Assembly (NCBI GenBank): GCA_045590715.1
Contig: JAZNRO010000124.1
Location: forward strand, 960-64,959
Reading direction: 5' to 3'
Length of the DNA stretch: 64,000 nt
From: Eubacteriales bacterium
Lineage (GTDB): Bacteria > Bacillota > Clostridia > Oscillospirales > SIG627
Under the pieces are notes generated by a model. It was not told the DNA's origin. It saw only the letters and a program-made list of their open reading frames with translations, and did not search any database. The number at the start of each line of letters is the position of its first letter. Position 1 is the first letter of the stretch. Shown piece by piece: positions 44,039 to 54,543 of this stretch. Made by a program: the position numbers and the translations under genes.

Positions 44039-45439
44039 TTATGCAGTGACTTCTTCCCCGATTTTCTTTTCTTCGGCAAGACTTGAAAGGTAAAGTTTCT
44101 CTTCTTTCTTTCGGTAATAAAAATAGCAAATGAGCTGGGCTGTTGAAGAAAAGACCCAGGAGATGGGATAGCACAAAAGCAAAAACCAGTATGTTCTGAC
44201 AAAGGGGAAAACTCCCAAAACCCAGATAAATCTTGGGATCGAGATGCAGGCTGCATTGAGAATAAGAGGCGCCATGGATTTTCCCATTCCCCGCATACAG
44301 CCAATGGACATTTCCGAAACTACGTGGATCACGTATCCGCCGCCCATAATATAAAGTCTTGCGGCTCCCAGTTTTACAACGCCGGGATCCTTTGTGAATA
44401 GATGCATAAAGAAACTGGGATTTGTGAATACAAATACATCAATAAGTGCAAGGGTGCCGGCCGCCAGCAAAATGCTTCGGGCGAGAAGCTTATCAATTCT
44501 TTTAAAGTTCTTGGCGCCGTAATTTTGACCGGCAAAGCTGACGCAGGCAGAATAGAAGGAGGACTGGATCTGATACAAAATAGCGTCCACGTTGGCGGCA
44601 GCGGAATTGGCCGCAAGCGTTGTGGAACCGAGAGAATTCAGCGCGGAAGAGATGATAATATTGGTCAGATTAAAGACGATTCCGTTCAGTCCGCAAGGAA
44701 TACCCACCTTGATGATACGTACTGCTTCATCCTTATTCAGTTTCAAAGAAGAAAAAGAAAGGTGATAATCCCCGCCGGGATGGAACAAAAGAATGAGGAC
44801 CGCGGCCGCAGAAAAGTAATAAGAAATGGCCGTCGCAAGGGCAACGCCTACTGCGTCCAGATGAAAGGCAATTACGAAAAAGAAATTTAAAATTACATTC
44901 AGCAAACCGGAGCCGAAAAGAATGTACATCGGCCTTTTGGTATCACCGTGGGCACGCATGATAGCGGCGCCGAAAAGATAGATCAGGTTAGCGGGTTTTC
45001 CCAGGAAGATCGTCTGCACGTATTTTGTTGCCTGGTCAATAACGTCCGAGGGGGAACCCATCCACTCAAGCAAGGTTCTGGCTGAAAAAAAGCCCAGAAT
45101 CGAGATCAGAACGCCGCCGACAGCGCCCAGGGCAAGACCGGTATGCATAGCATTGCGAAGAAAATCTCTATTTCTGGCACCGTAGTGGTTGGCGCAAACC
45201 ACATTTAGACCCACGGAAAGGCCGATGAACAGGTTCAAAAACAGGGTAATGACCGAGCCGGTAGAACCTACTGCCGCCAGTGCCAAGGTGGGATTTTGAG
45301 CAAAATTTCCTACTACCACAACGTCAGCGGCGTGATAGAGCTGCTGAAGAAGATTTGTCAGCATAATAGGAAAGGCAAAGACCAAAAGTTTCTTCATTAC
45401 CGACCCTTCGGTCAGGTCGATGGAGTGCTTATTAGCCAC
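44039..45439 (-). CDS. MATE-family efflux transporter
   Basis: 466 aa with 12 predicted TM helices. N-terminal LTEGSVMKKLLVFAFPIMLTNLLQQLY is typical of MATE. GTG start with AAGAGGTG upstream. Confidence 0.9.
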   Translation of the reverse strand: MANKHSIDLTEGSVMKKLLVFAFPIMLTNLLQQLYHAADVVVVGNFAQNPTLALAAVGSTGSVITLFLNLFIGLSVGLNVVCANHYGARNRDFLRNAMHTGLALGAVGGVLISILGFFSARTLLEWMGSPSDVIDQATKYVQTIFLGKPANLIYLFGAAIMRAHGDTKRPMYILFGSGLLNVILNFFFVIAFHLDAVGVALATAISYYFSAAAVLILLFHPGGDYHLSFSSLKLNKDEAVRIIKVGIPCGLNGIVFNLTNIIISSALNSLGSTTLAANSAAANVDAILYQIQSSFYSACVSFAGQNYGAKNFKRIDKLLARSILLAAGTLALIDVFVFTNPSFFMHLFTKDPGVVKLGAARLYIMGGGYVIHVVSEMSIGCMRGMGKSMAPLILNAACISIPRFIWVLGVFPFVRTYWFLLLCYPISWVFSSTAQLICYFYYRKKEEKLYLSSLAEEKKIGEEVTA

Positions 45440-45599
45440 GAAAACACCTCTTAATTTTCAAAAGATAATATCTACATAGAATTGTAACACGATGGAGAAA
45501 AAAAGCAAGAGAAAAAAGACTTTTTCTGCCATTTTTCAAACTTTTTAAAAAAGCGAGAGAAAATCCTTGAAAAATCAAGCAAATCCCTCTCCCCTGCCC

Positions 45600-45628
45600 T
45601 TGACTTTAAAGCATTTTTTTGGTATATT
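45600..45628 (+). promoter_or_regulatory. Sigma-A-like promoter of the yicC-remA-gmk-rpoZ cluster
   Basis: TTGACT, 17 nt spacer, TATATT. Confidence 0.5.
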
Positions 45629-45684
45629 ATATTGATAATATATTTTTATATTAAACTCGCGCGCGTAAGAAAGGAAATTTACCC

Positions 45685-46563
45685 ATGCTGAAAAGTATGA
45701 CCGGTTACGGAAGATATTCCGACAGTATCGACGGATTTGAAGTAACATTTGAGATCCGCTCTGTAAACAACCGTTATTTAGACACGAACATCCGTCTTCC
45801 CAGAGTATACGGATACCTGGAAGAAAAAATCAAAAAAGCCATTCAGAAGAGAGCCGCCCGCGGAAAGATCGACGCGTTTCTCACCGTTGAACGCCCCGCC
45901 GGCGACGTGACGGAAATTGCCCTGGACGAAGGTCTTTGCGCACAGTACGTAGCCGCCCTTCGTAAGATCTCCGAAAAATATGACTTAAAAGGCGAGATCA
46001 CCGCTTCCTCCGTTGCCCGCTTCTCCGACATTTTCACAAAAAAAGTGAAGGAAGACGATGCAGATGCCGTTTGGGCCGCCGTTGAACCGGTGGTGGAAAA
46101 AGCCTTGGATTCCTTTATTTCTATGAGGGAAAAAGAAGGAGAAAACCTTTTCTCCGACGTGGACGCAAGGCTTAACCGGATGGAAGAGATCCTGGGAGAG
46201 ATCAAAAAGCATTCCGCTTCCGCTCTTACCCTTTACCGGGAAAAACTGGAAGCCAGACTGAAAGAATACTTGCAGGACACCACCATTGACGAAGCAAGAC
46301 TTCTGACAGAGGTTGGCATTATTGCTGACAAGATCGATACCGGTGAAGAAATTACAAGACTGCAAAGTCACATCGGCCAATTCCGGAAACTGATCCGGCA
46401 AGATACTCCCTCCGGACGGAATATGGACTTTCTGACCCAGGAATTAAACCGCGAGGTAAACACCATCGGTTCCAAATGCGCCCAGATCGAGATCACCCAG
46501 CTTGTGATCGAAGCCAAAAATGAAATCGAACGGATCCGCGAGCAGATCCAGAACATTGAGTAA
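45685..46563 (+). CDS. yicC: YicC/YloC-family stress-induced protein
   Basis: MLKSMTGYGR start, and the C-terminal YicC domain DFLTQELNREVNTIGSK. Confidence 0.88.
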   Translation: MLKSMTGYGRYSDSIDGFEVTFEIRSVNNRYLDTNIRLPRVYGYLEEKIKKAIQKRAARGKIDAFLTVERPAGDVTEIALDEGLCAQYVAALRKISEKYDLKGEITASSVARFSDIFTKKVKEDDADAVWAAVEPVVEKALDSFISMREKEGENLFSDVDARLNRMEEILGEIKKHSASALTLYREKLEARLKEYLQDTTIDEARLLTEVGIIADKIDTGEEITRLQSHIGQFRKLIRQDTPSGRNMDFLTQELNREVNTIGSKCAQIEITQLVIEAKNEIERIREQIQNIE

Positions 46564-46568
46564 GAAAA

Positions 46569-46808
46569 ATGATGACTGAAATCGGATTTGGAAATTACGT
46601 AGCATCCGGCCGCGTGGTTTGCGTGGCAAGTCCCGACTCTGCCCCTATCAAGCGACTGGTACAGGATGCAAAAAACGCAGGCATCGCAGTAGACGTGACC
46701 TGCGGCAAGAAGACCCAGTCTGTGCTTTTAACAGACAGCGGCCATATCATATTATGCGTATTGACCCCGGAAGAGGTGCAGGAGCGCCTGGGTCAGAGCA
46801 AGAAATAA
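46569..46808 (+). CDS. remA: RemA/DUF370 extracellular-matrix regulator
   Basis: 79 aa. IGFGNYVASGRVVCVASPDSAPIKRLVQDA matches B. subtilis RemA (YlzA). Confidence 0.85.
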   Translation: MMTEIGFGNYVASGRVVCVASPDSAPIKRLVQDAKNAGIAVDVTCGKKTQSVLLTDSGHIILCVLTPEEVQERLGQSKK

Positions 46809-46816
46809 GAGGCACT

Positions 46817-47434
46817 ATGGAACCCAAAGTACTGATCGTTACCGGCTTTGCCGGCTCGGGAAAAGGAACGGTTTTCAAACTGGCAAACAAAATGTACCCC
46901 CGTTTGAAATTAAGCGTTTCTATGACCACCCGAAAACCCAGACCCGGCGAAATCGACGGTGTGCACTACTACTTCGTGACCCGGGAAGAATTTTTGCAGA
47001 CCATTTCGGAAAACGGATTTTTCGAGCACACCGAATACTGCGGCAATTTTTACGGAACCCCCAAAAAACAGCTGTTTCAGATGGTAGAGGAAGGCTTTGT
47101 GCCGGTTCTCGAAATTGAAACGGAAGGGGGGCTGAACGCCATGCGGGAGCTTGACTCCTACGCATCCATCTTCCTTTCTCCCCCGGACTATAAGACCCTG
47201 GAAGAAAGACTGCGCGGCAGAGGAACGGAAACGGAAGAATCCGTTCAGAAAAGACTTAATACCGCAAAAGAAGAGTTAAGCGTGATCCCCCGTTACCAGA
47301 CTCTTCTAGTAAACTACGACGGCAAGGCAGAGGACTGCGCCAGAGCTATGGTTGATATTGCCAAAGGGGTAAAAAGTGAAAGCCCCGCCATCATTTGTGA
47401 CAAAGAAGCGTTCATTGAAAACTTCTTAAAATAA
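46817..47434 (+). CDS. gmk: Guanylate kinase
   Basis: Start at MEPKVLIV. P-loop GFAGSGKGT, and TTRKPRPGEIDGVHYYFV. The track ORF start at 46619 overlaps remA and is rejected. Confidence 0.9.
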   Translation: MEPKVLIVTGFAGSGKGTVFKLANKMYPRLKLSVSMTTRKPRPGEIDGVHYYFVTREEFLQTISENGFFEHTEYCGNFYGTPKKQLFQMVEEGFVPVLEIETEGGLNAMRELDSYASIFLSPPDYKTLEERLRGRGTETEESVQKRLNTAKEELSVIPRYQTLLVNYDGKAEDCARAMVDIAKGVKSESPAIICDKEAFIENFLK

Positions 47435-47472
47435 AAAAACATAAAAAACTTTTTTTTCAGGAGGAAAAAAAC

Positions 47473-47718
47473 ATGATTTATCCGTCTATTGCAGAACTTT
47501 CCGATGAAGGTGTAAACCGCTACACCCTTTCCATCGCCACCGCAAAATGCGCCAGAAGAATCACCGAAGAACAGCTGGCAAAAACCGGTGACGTGGCCGG
47601 CAGAGAAGAAAAATTCGCTTCCTTCTCTTCCAAGAAGACCGCTACCGGCGAAAAGCCCGTAAAGGAAGCCATCAACAGACTTTATTCCAGAAGCTTTAAG
47701 ATCATCGTAAAAGACTAA
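47473..47718 (+). CDS. rpoZ: DNA-directed RNA polymerase subunit omega
   Basis: 81 aa. MIYPSIAELSDEGVNRYTLSIATAKCARRI. Conserved position after gmk. Confidence 0.85.
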   Translation: MIYPSIAELSDEGVNRYTLSIATAKCARRITEEQLAKTGDVAGREEKFASFSSKKTATGEKPVKEAINRLYSRSFKIIVKD

Positions 47719-47737
47719 AAAACTGCGGAGGAACAAA

Positions 47738-49987
47738 ATGGGAAAGACCGTAATTGCCAAGGTTCGGCTTTTATCCACAGCCAAGGCAACGGACAAAGAA
47801 TTTGACTATCTTTGCCCTGGGCATTTTCCCGTTTTCCGTGGCGCAGTGGTAAAAATTCCTTTTGGCAAGGGCAATCGGGAGACCTTCGGCATCGTTACCG
47901 GAGTGGTTGAAGAAGAGCCCGGCCAGACTCTTAAGAGCATCCTTGCGGTTCTGCCGGAAGAGATCAGCCTGGGCGAGGAACTTTTATCCCTTTGTCAGCA
48001 CCTGAAAGAGCAGATCTTCTGCACCTTCGGAGATGCGGCAAAAGCCATGATCCCCTCCCCCGTTTATCAGAATAAGGCAAAGAAAGTGCGTCTTTTATCC
48101 CTTGGGGATAACGTGGATGCAGAAACCTGCCTTTCCTCTTTTCGCGGAAAGAATAAAGAAAAATATACTTCTCTTTTACAGTACCTGGCATTGAGCGATG
48201 TGGTACCGGAGAAGCAGTGTAAAGAGCTTTTTTCCCTGGACAGCGGTGCCATCTCTTTTTTGGAAAAGAAGGGGCTTATTCGCTTTTCGGAGGAAGAATC
48301 TTTTCGGGATCCCTTTGCCTCTTTGTCAAAAGAGGGCACGAAGGGTGAGATCCCCTCTCTTTCTCCCGCCCAAGAAGAAGCTTTTATCACCTTGCGGGAT
48401 CTTTCCGACAAGGAAAAGGCCTGCGGCGCTTTGCTTCACGGGATTACCGGAAGCGGAAAGACCCAGGTCATGCTTTCTCTATGCGATCACGTGCTGAAAA
48501 AGGGAAAAGCCGTCATCTTCCTGGTGCCGGAAATTGCCCTGACGGGACAAAGCGCCAGAGTATTATCCCAGCGCTACGGGGAAAAAGTGGCCATTATTCA
48601 CTCCGCCCTCTCCGAAGGAGAACGGCGGGACAGTTTCGTGGCTATCAGCCGCGGGGAAAAGAACGTGATCTTAGGCACCAGAAGTGCCATCTTTGCCCCG
48701 GTAAAGAATCTTGGTCTTGTGGTCATTGATGAAGAGCAGGACCAGAGCTACAAGTCTGATACGGGACTGAAATACCACGCCCGTGACGTAGCAAGATTCC
48801 GCTGCGCGAAAAACAACGCCCTCTTGCTTCTCGCTTCCGCCACCCCGGATATTGAATCCTATTACAAAGCTGAAACCGGCGCTTATGCCTTGGTAAAACT
48901 GGAAGAGCGTTTCGGCACGGCTCATCTGCCCAAGGTAGAGATCATAGATCTCCGTCCGGAAAAGCGAAAAGATCCCGGCATTATGATGGGAGAAAAAATG
49001 CGCTGTGAGATCGCCGAAAACTTAAAAAAAGGCGAACAGACCATTCTTTTGATGAACAGACGGGGCTACCGCAGATTCGTATCCTGCCTGGACTGCGGAG
49101 AGGTGATCCGCTGTCCCAACTGCAGTGTATCTATGACCCTGCATAACGGCAAGCAGCAAAAACTTTCCTGCCACTACTGTGGCTATGCCATTCCCCTGCC
49201 GGAGACTTGCCCGGAATGTTCCTCTAAAAGGCTCACTTCCCACGGATTTGGCATTCAGCAGCTGGAAGAAGAGATCCACTCCGTATTTCCCCAGGCCAGA
49301 GTACTGCGCCTGGATTCCGACTCTCTTTCCGGCAAAAACGATCACGATCAGATCCTTTCTGCCTTCCGGGAGAAGAAAGCGGACATTCTCATCGGCACCC
49401 AGATGGTGGCCAAGGGACACAACTTCCCGGACGTGACCCTGGTGGGAATCGTAATGGCCGACAGTGCTTTGTATTTAAGCGACTACCGTGCCCCGGAGCA
49501 CACCTTCTCTCTTCTGACCCAGGTCATTGGCAGAGCGGGTCGTGCGGAAAAGGAAGGCCGGGCTTTGATCCAGACCCTAAATCCCAGGCACAACGTATTT
49601 TCTCTGGCGTCCCAGCAAGACTTTGTAGAATTTTACAAAGGAGAGATCGCCTTGAGAAAAGCTTTCGTCTTCCCTCCCTTCTGTCAGATCGCCGTCTTTA
49701 CCCTGGCCGGTGAAAACGAAGGGGAACTCTTGCGATGCGCCGATGCTTTTTCCAAAAAAATGGAAAAGGCGCTGTTAGGAGAATATTCTGACGTAAAATT
49801 TGTGGTCTACGGACCTTTTGACGCGCCCATTTACCGGGTGAAAAACATTTACCGCAAACGCTTTATCATTAAGTTTAAAAATAACCCCCGCTCCCGCGCC
49901 CTTTTAGACCATCTTCTCACGGAAGAATCAAAAGATGCGAAAAGAAGCACCAAAACCACTTTGGATATCGGGCCGGGACTGGTATAA
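47738..49987 (+). CDS. priA: Primosomal protein N' (PriA helicase)
   Basis: 749 aa. Walker A GITGSGKT, DEEQD, and a Cys-rich zinc region (CLDCG...CPNCS...CHYCG...CPEC). Confidence 0.92.
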   Translation: MGKTVIAKVRLLSTAKATDKEFDYLCPGHFPVFRGAVVKIPFGKGNRETFGIVTGVVEEEPGQTLKSILAVLPEEISLGEELLSLCQHLKEQIFCTFGDAAKAMIPSPVYQNKAKKVRLLSLGDNVDAETCLSSFRGKNKEKYTSLLQYLALSDVVPEKQCKELFSLDSGAISFLEKKGLIRFSEEESFRDPFASLSKEGTKGEIPSLSPAQEEAFITLRDLSDKEKACGALLHGITGSGKTQVMLSLCDHVLKKGKAVIFLVPEIALTGQSARVLSQRYGEKVAIIHSALSEGERRDSFVAISRGEKNVILGTRSAIFAPVKNLGLVVIDEEQDQSYKSDTGLKYHARDVARFRCAKNNALLLLASATPDIESYYKAETGAYALVKLEERFGTAHLPKVEIIDLRPEKRKDPGIMMGEKMRCEIAENLKKGEQTILLMNRRGYRRFVSCLDCGEVIRCPNCSVSMTLHNGKQQKLSCHYCGYAIPLPETCPECSSKRLTSHGFGIQQLEEEIHSVFPQARVLRLDSDSLSGKNDHDQILSAFREKKADILIGTQMVAKGHNFPDVTLVGIVMADSALYLSDYRAPEHTFSLLTQVIGRAGRAEKEGRALIQTLNPRHNVFSLASQQDFVEFYKGEIALRKAFVFPPFCQIAVFTLAGENEGELLRCADAFSKKMEKALLGEYSDVKFVVYGPFDAPIYRVKNIYRKRFIIKFKNNPRSRALLDHLLTEESKDAKRSTKTTLDIGPGLV

Positions 49988-49996
49988 GGAGAAAAA

Positions 49997-50467
49997 ATGG
50001 CAGTTCTCAATATTGTAAAAGACACCGACGAGATCCTTCGCAAAAAGTCCAAGGAAATCGACAAAATAGACGCTAAACTCCTCACCCTCATTGAAGACAT
50101 GAAAGAAACCATGGAAAAAGCAGGGGGAGTAGGTCTTGCCGCCGTACAGATCGGCAAGCTGAGAAAGGTGATCGTCATTGACACCGGAGAAGATCAGTTG
50201 ACCCTTTTAAACCCCGTTATGAAGAAGATGAGCGGAAGCCAGGAAGATCTGGAAGGCTGTCTTTCCTGCCCCGGCAGATGGGGTATCGTACGCCGTCCTA
50301 TGAAGGTAGAGGTAGAAAACCTCCGTCTTGACGGCAAGAAGGAGATCATTCGTGCAGAAGGTTTTCTGGCAAAGGCTATTTGCCACGAAATGGACCATCT
50401 GGAAGGCAAGCTGTTTTACGACAACGCTATCCGTATGCTGACCCAGGAGGAACTGGAAGCTTTATGA
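49997..50467 (+). CDS. def: Peptide deformylase
   Basis: Motifs GVGLAAVQIG, EGCLSCPG and HEMDHLEG. Confidence 0.93.
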   Translation: MAVLNIVKDTDEILRKKSKEIDKIDAKLLTLIEDMKETMEKAGGVGLAAVQIGKLRKVIVIDTGEDQLTLLNPVMKKMSGSQEDLEGCLSCPGRWGIVRRPMKVEVENLRLDGKKEIIRAEGFLAKAICHEMDHLEGKLFYDNAIRMLTQEELEAL

Positions 50468-51405
50468 GAAAGCTGATCTTTATGGGAACCGGCCCCTTTG
50501 CCATGGCGGCGCTTATGGGCCTTTACGAAAATCTCACTAAAGGAGATTCCTTGATCGTTTACACCAAGGAATCCAAAAAATCCGGCAGAGGTATGAAGGT
50601 GACGGACGGGTGCGTGGCGCTTTTTGCCAAGGAGAAAGATCTTCCCCTTTATCAGCCCGTATCCTTCAAGGAAGAAGAGGCCGTGGAAACCTTTATTTCC
50701 CACAAGGCTGACCTTGCCATCGTAGCTTCTTACGGACTGCTTTTGCCCTCTGTGATTTTAAATGCGCCCAAATACGGATGCATCAATATTCACGCTTCCC
50801 TTCTTCCCAAATATCGGGGCGCCGCACCCATCAACCGCGCCATTTTGGACGGTGAAAAATACACCGGCGTTACCATTATGCAGATGAACGAGGGACTGGA
50901 TACCGGTGATATGCTTCTAAAACGGGAAACCGAGATTTTAGAAAATGAAAACGTAGGTGACCTTTTCGACCGCCTTGCGGTTATGGGAAAAGATATGATG
51001 CTGGAAATCTTACCCCAGGTTTACGCGGGAAATCTTACCCCCGAAAAGCAGGACGAAAATCTTTCCACCTACGCCAGAAAGATCACGAAAGAAGATCAGG
51101 TGCTTTCCTTTCATGAGGACAGTGCTTTCATTCTTCGGAAGATCCGGGGACTTTCCCCCAGACCCGGTGCTTTCTGCAAAATGGAAAAAGACAATAAAAT
51201 TTTAAAGATCTACGCCGCTGAAAAGAAAGAAGGCAATTTTGCCGGAAAATGCGGTGAAGTGATCGCTGTAAAGCCGGAAGTTCTGGTAAAGACAAGTGAC
51301 GGGGCCATCAGCCTTATCACCGTTCAGCCGGAAGGAAAGGCCGCTATGCCTGCCCGGGATGCGGTCAACGGCAGACGAATTGAACTGGGAGATATTCTTC
51401 TATGA
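50464..51405 (+). CDS. fmt: Methionyl-tRNA formyltransferase
   Basis: Start at MRKLIFMGT (ATGA overlap with def). NIHASLLPKYRGAAPI motif. Confidence 0.92.
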   Translation: MRKLIFMGTGPFAMAALMGLYENLTKGDSLIVYTKESKKSGRGMKVTDGCVALFAKEKDLPLYQPVSFKEEEAVETFISHKADLAIVASYGLLLPSVILNAPKYGCINIHASLLPKYRGAAPINRAILDGEKYTGVTIMQMNEGLDTGDMLLKRETEILENENVGDLFDRLAVMGKDMMLEILPQVYAGNLTPEKQDENLSTYARKITKEDQVLSFHEDSAFILRKIRGLSPRPGAFCKMEKDNKILKIYAAEKKEGNFAGKCGEVIAVKPEVLVKTSDGAISLITVQPEGKAAMPARDAVNGRRIELGDILL

Positions 51406-52691
51406 AAAATCCCCGAAGCCTAGCCCTTTCTTCCCTTGTGAAAAGCACGGAAAAAGGAAAATATACCAATCTGGAACTGGATGCCACCCTGGACAAAGAA
51501 AGCCTTTCTCCGGAAGACCGTGCCCTTTATACCAGGCTGTATTTAGGCGTAATTGAGAAGAAGATCACCTTAGATTATCTCTTATCCCGCATTTCTACCA
51601 TACCTTTAAACACCCTGGAGACAAGAGTGCTCTGTCTACTGGAGCTGGGCGCTTATCAGATTCTGTACCTTGACGGAATTCCCGATCACGCGGCAGTAAA
51701 CGAAAGCGTAATGCTTGCAAAAAGGGAAAACCCCGGATGCGTCTCTTTTGTCAATGCGGTGCTTCGGAAACTAGCGGGCGAAAAAGAGGAGATCTTATCC
51801 TATTTAAACCTTTCCGGAAAGAAGGGACTGTCCCTTCGCTACGGCTATCCCAGATGGCTTATTACCCTTTGGCAAGAGGCCTACGGCAAAGAAAAATGCC
51901 TGGAGATTTTAGAGGCGCAGAACACCCCTGCCCGCCTTACCATTCGCGTAAATACCACCAAGATCTCCCTTTCGGAATACAAGAAAAAACTGGAAGAGGA
52001 AAAGATCCCCTTCCACGAAAATAAACTCTGCAAAAATAGTCTTACCATCGAAAAAAATCTATCCCCTACTGCTCTTTTTGGATTTTCCGAAGGTCTTTTC
52101 TTCGTGCAGGATGCGGCGGCAGGCCATGCGGTAGATAAGCTGGACGTAAAACCATTTGATCGGGTACTGGATCTATGTGCCTCTCCCGGCGGAAAAAGTT
52201 TTGCGGCGGGGATTCAAATGGAAAACAAGGGCGAGGTCCTTTCCCTGGAACTTTACGAATCCAGAGTCCCTCTCATCAAGGAAGGGGCGCGACGCCTGGG
52301 ACTTAGCTGCATCAAGGCACAGCAAAACGATTCTTCCAAAAAAAGAGAAGAATGGAAGGACTCCTTTGATAAAGTTATTTGCGACGTTCCCTGCTCCGGC
52401 TACGGAACCATTGCCAAAAAGCCGGAAATTCGGCACAAAGACCCGGAGGAAGCAAAAGGTCTGCCGGAAATTCAGCTTGCCATTTTAGAGGCCGGCGCAT
52501 ACGCCCTAAAGCCGGGCGGAAAGCTGGTATATTCCACCTGCACCTTGAATCCGGAAGAAAATGAAAACGTAACTTCTGCCTTTTTGTCCCGCCACCCGGA
52601 ATTTCGGAGAGTGGGAGAATACGAGACCATCTTCCCCAAAGGCGGAGAGCACGACGGCTTTTTCTGTGATCTTATGGAGAAATCAGTATGA
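51402..52691 (+). CDS. rsmB: 16S rRNA (cytosine967-C5)-methyltransferase
   Basis: NusB-like N-domain plus methyltransferase motifs (DLCASPGGKS, DVPCSG, YSTCT). Confidence 0.9.
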   Translation: MKNPRSLALSSLVKSTEKGKYTNLELDATLDKESLSPEDRALYTRLYLGVIEKKITLDYLLSRISTIPLNTLETRVLCLLELGAYQILYLDGIPDHAAVNESVMLAKRENPGCVSFVNAVLRKLAGEKEEILSYLNLSGKKGLSLRYGYPRWLITLWQEAYGKEKCLEILEAQNTPARLTIRVNTTKISLSEYKKKLEEEKIPFHENKLCKNSLTIEKNLSPTALFGFSEGLFFVQDAAAGHAVDKLDVKPFDRVLDLCASPGGKSFAAGIQMENKGEVLSLELYESRVPLIKEGARRLGLSCIKAQQNDSSKKREEWKDSFDKVICDVPCSGYGTIAKKPEIRHKDPEEAKGLPEIQLAILEAGAYALKPGGKLVYSTCTLNPEENENVTSAFLSRHPEFRRVGEYETIFPKGGEHDGFFCDLMEKSV

Positions 52692-53746
52692 ATGAAAAAA
52701 TAGACTTGCGCTCTCTTCTTCCCGAGGAACTGAAAGAAATTCTGAAGGAAAACGGTCTGGAGCCTTACCGAGCCGGCCAGATTTTGGCCTGGCTGGAAAA
52801 AGGCGCAGGCAGTTTCCAGGAAATGACCAACCTTTCCAAGATCGCAAGAGAGAAACTTCATAGTATTTTTGATATTTCCAATATGATGGAATGTGAAACT
52901 CTGGTTTCCAAGATCGACGGCACTACAAAATACCTCTTCACCCTGCCGGACGGAGAGTATATTGAGAGCGTTCTGCTTCACTACAAGCACGGTTACAGCG
53001 TATGCCTTTCTACCCAGGTAGGATGTAAAATGGGGTGCAGTTTCTGCGCTTCCACAAAAGCCGGTTTCTGCCGGAACCTATCTGCCGGTGAAATTTTACT
53101 GCAAATGGTAGAGATCACCCGGGATAAAAGAAAACTGGATCCGGATTTTCGCATCGGCCACGTAGTACTGATGGGCATCGGAGAGCCTCTTGACAATTAC
53201 GATGAAGTGATCCGCTTTTTAAAGCTTTGTAATGCAAAGGAGCTTTTCAACATTGGCTACCGCAACATTTCCCTTTCCACCTGCGGCCTGATCCCCAAGA
53301 TCAAAAAGCTGATGTTTGAGGACCTTCCCATTACCCTATCCATTTCCCTGCACGCTTCCAATTCCCCGCTTCGGTCAGAGCTCATGCCGGTAAATAAGAC
53401 CTATCCTTTGGAAGATTTGATCCCGGTATGCAAAGAATACACCAAGAAGACGGGCAGAAGAATTTCTTTTGAATATGCTGTCATTGCCGGGCAAAACGAT
53501 ACCCCCCGCCACGCCAAGGAACTGATTTTTCTTTTATCCGGCTGGCTCAATCACTTAAATTTAATCCCCATCAATCCCACCAAAGAAACAAATTTTCAGC
53601 GTAGTGATCGCAAAAGCCTGGAAAATTTCCAAGGAATACTAGAAAAAGGCGGGATCTGTGCCACCATCCGTCGTACCATGGGCGCAGATATTGAAGCCGC
53701 TTGCGGTCAGCTTCGCAGAGAGAAACAGATCCGCACAAAGGAGTAA
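52688..53746 (+). CDS. rlmN: 23S rRNA (adenine2503-C2)-methyltransferase, radical SAM
   Basis: CxxxCxxC radical SAM motif (GCKMGCSFCAS) and a C-terminal GADIEAACGQL. Confidence 0.93.
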   Translation: MNEKIDLRSLLPEELKEILKENGLEPYRAGQILAWLEKGAGSFQEMTNLSKIAREKLHSIFDISNMMECETLVSKIDGTTKYLFTLPDGEYIESVLLHYKHGYSVCLSTQVGCKMGCSFCASTKAGFCRNLSAGEILLQMVEITRDKRKLDPDFRIGHVVLMGIGEPLDNYDEVIRFLKLCNAKELFNIGYRNISLSTCGLIPKIKKLMFEDLPITLSISLHASNSPLRSELMPVNKTYPLEDLIPVCKEYTKKTGRRISFEYAVIAGQNDTPRHAKELIFLLSGWLNHLNLIPINPTKETNFQRSDRKSLENFQGILEKGGICATIRRTMGADIEAACGQLRREKQIRTKE

Positions 53747-53749
53747 AGA

Positions 53750-54529
53750 ATGCACTATTTCGGTTCCACAGACCAAGGCATCAGAAGAAGCAGTAACCAA
53801 GACGCTTTTCTTCTGAAAATTGCCGGGAATATTCTCATCGCCACCGTATGTGACGGTATGGGCGGTGCGGCAGGCGGTAACGTAGCCAGTACCCTTGCGG
53901 TAGAAACCTATACGAAAAAACTGGCAAAGTACGTTTCCTCCGCATTGAGCTTTGTATTCCTGGGCGATATTCCGGAATTTGGGGAGAAGTGTGAAAACTT
54001 CCCCGATATTCCCCTTGGTGATTTCATTTCCAAGTCCATTGACGTAGCCAATGCGGAAGTTTACTCGGAAGCCGAGCGAACACCCAGCCTTTCCGGAATG
54101 GGCACTACCCTCACCTCTTGTGTCATTACACCCAAAAGCGTGGTAACGGTCAACATCGGTGACAGCCGCATATATTACGCCAATAATGGCAAGATCAAAA
54201 AGCTGACCAAAGACCACTCCCTGGTACAGAATCTCATTGACCAAGGCAAGATCACCGAGGCAGAGGCCCAGACTCACCCCAACCGCAACATTATTTTAAA
54301 GGCTTTGGGGGTAGACGAAAAGATCGAGGCCGATATCAATGAATATCCCTATACGGAAGGCTTTCTTCTCCTTTGCAGTGACGGACTCTCCGGCTACTAC
54401 GACGAAGACTTCTTCCTCCAGACTCTGGAAAGCAGCCGAAACTGTAAAGAGAAAGCAAACGTACTGATCGAATATGCCAATCACTGCGGCGGCGCCGATA
54501 ACATTACCGCAGTGGTGATCAAACTGTAA
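53750..54529 (+). CDS. stp: PP2C-family Ser/Thr phosphatase (Stp/PrpC)
   Basis: RSSNQDAF, VCDGMGG and NGGADNITAVV motifs. Upstream of prkC as is usual. Confidence 0.88.
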   Translation: MHYFGSTDQGIRRSSNQDAFLLKIAGNILIATVCDGMGGAAGGNVASTLAVETYTKKLAKYVSSALSFVFLGDIPEFGEKCENFPDIPLGDFISKSIDVANAEVYSEAERTPSLSGMGTTLTSCVITPKSVVTVNIGDSRIYYANNGKIKKLTKDHSLVQNLIDQGKITEAEAQTHPNRNIILKALGVDEKIEADINEYPYTEGFLLLCSDGLSGYYDEDFFLQTLESSRNCKEKANVLIEYANHCGGADNITAVVIKL

Positions 54530-54543
54530 GAAAGGAGAATAGA

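Noticed and set aside
46619-46816. Upstream start for gmk (the 271-aa ORF) overlapping remA.
   Set aside because: The extension is an Arg/Gly-rich alternative frame of remA. Guanylate kinase homology and its P-loop start at MEPKVLIV (46817).
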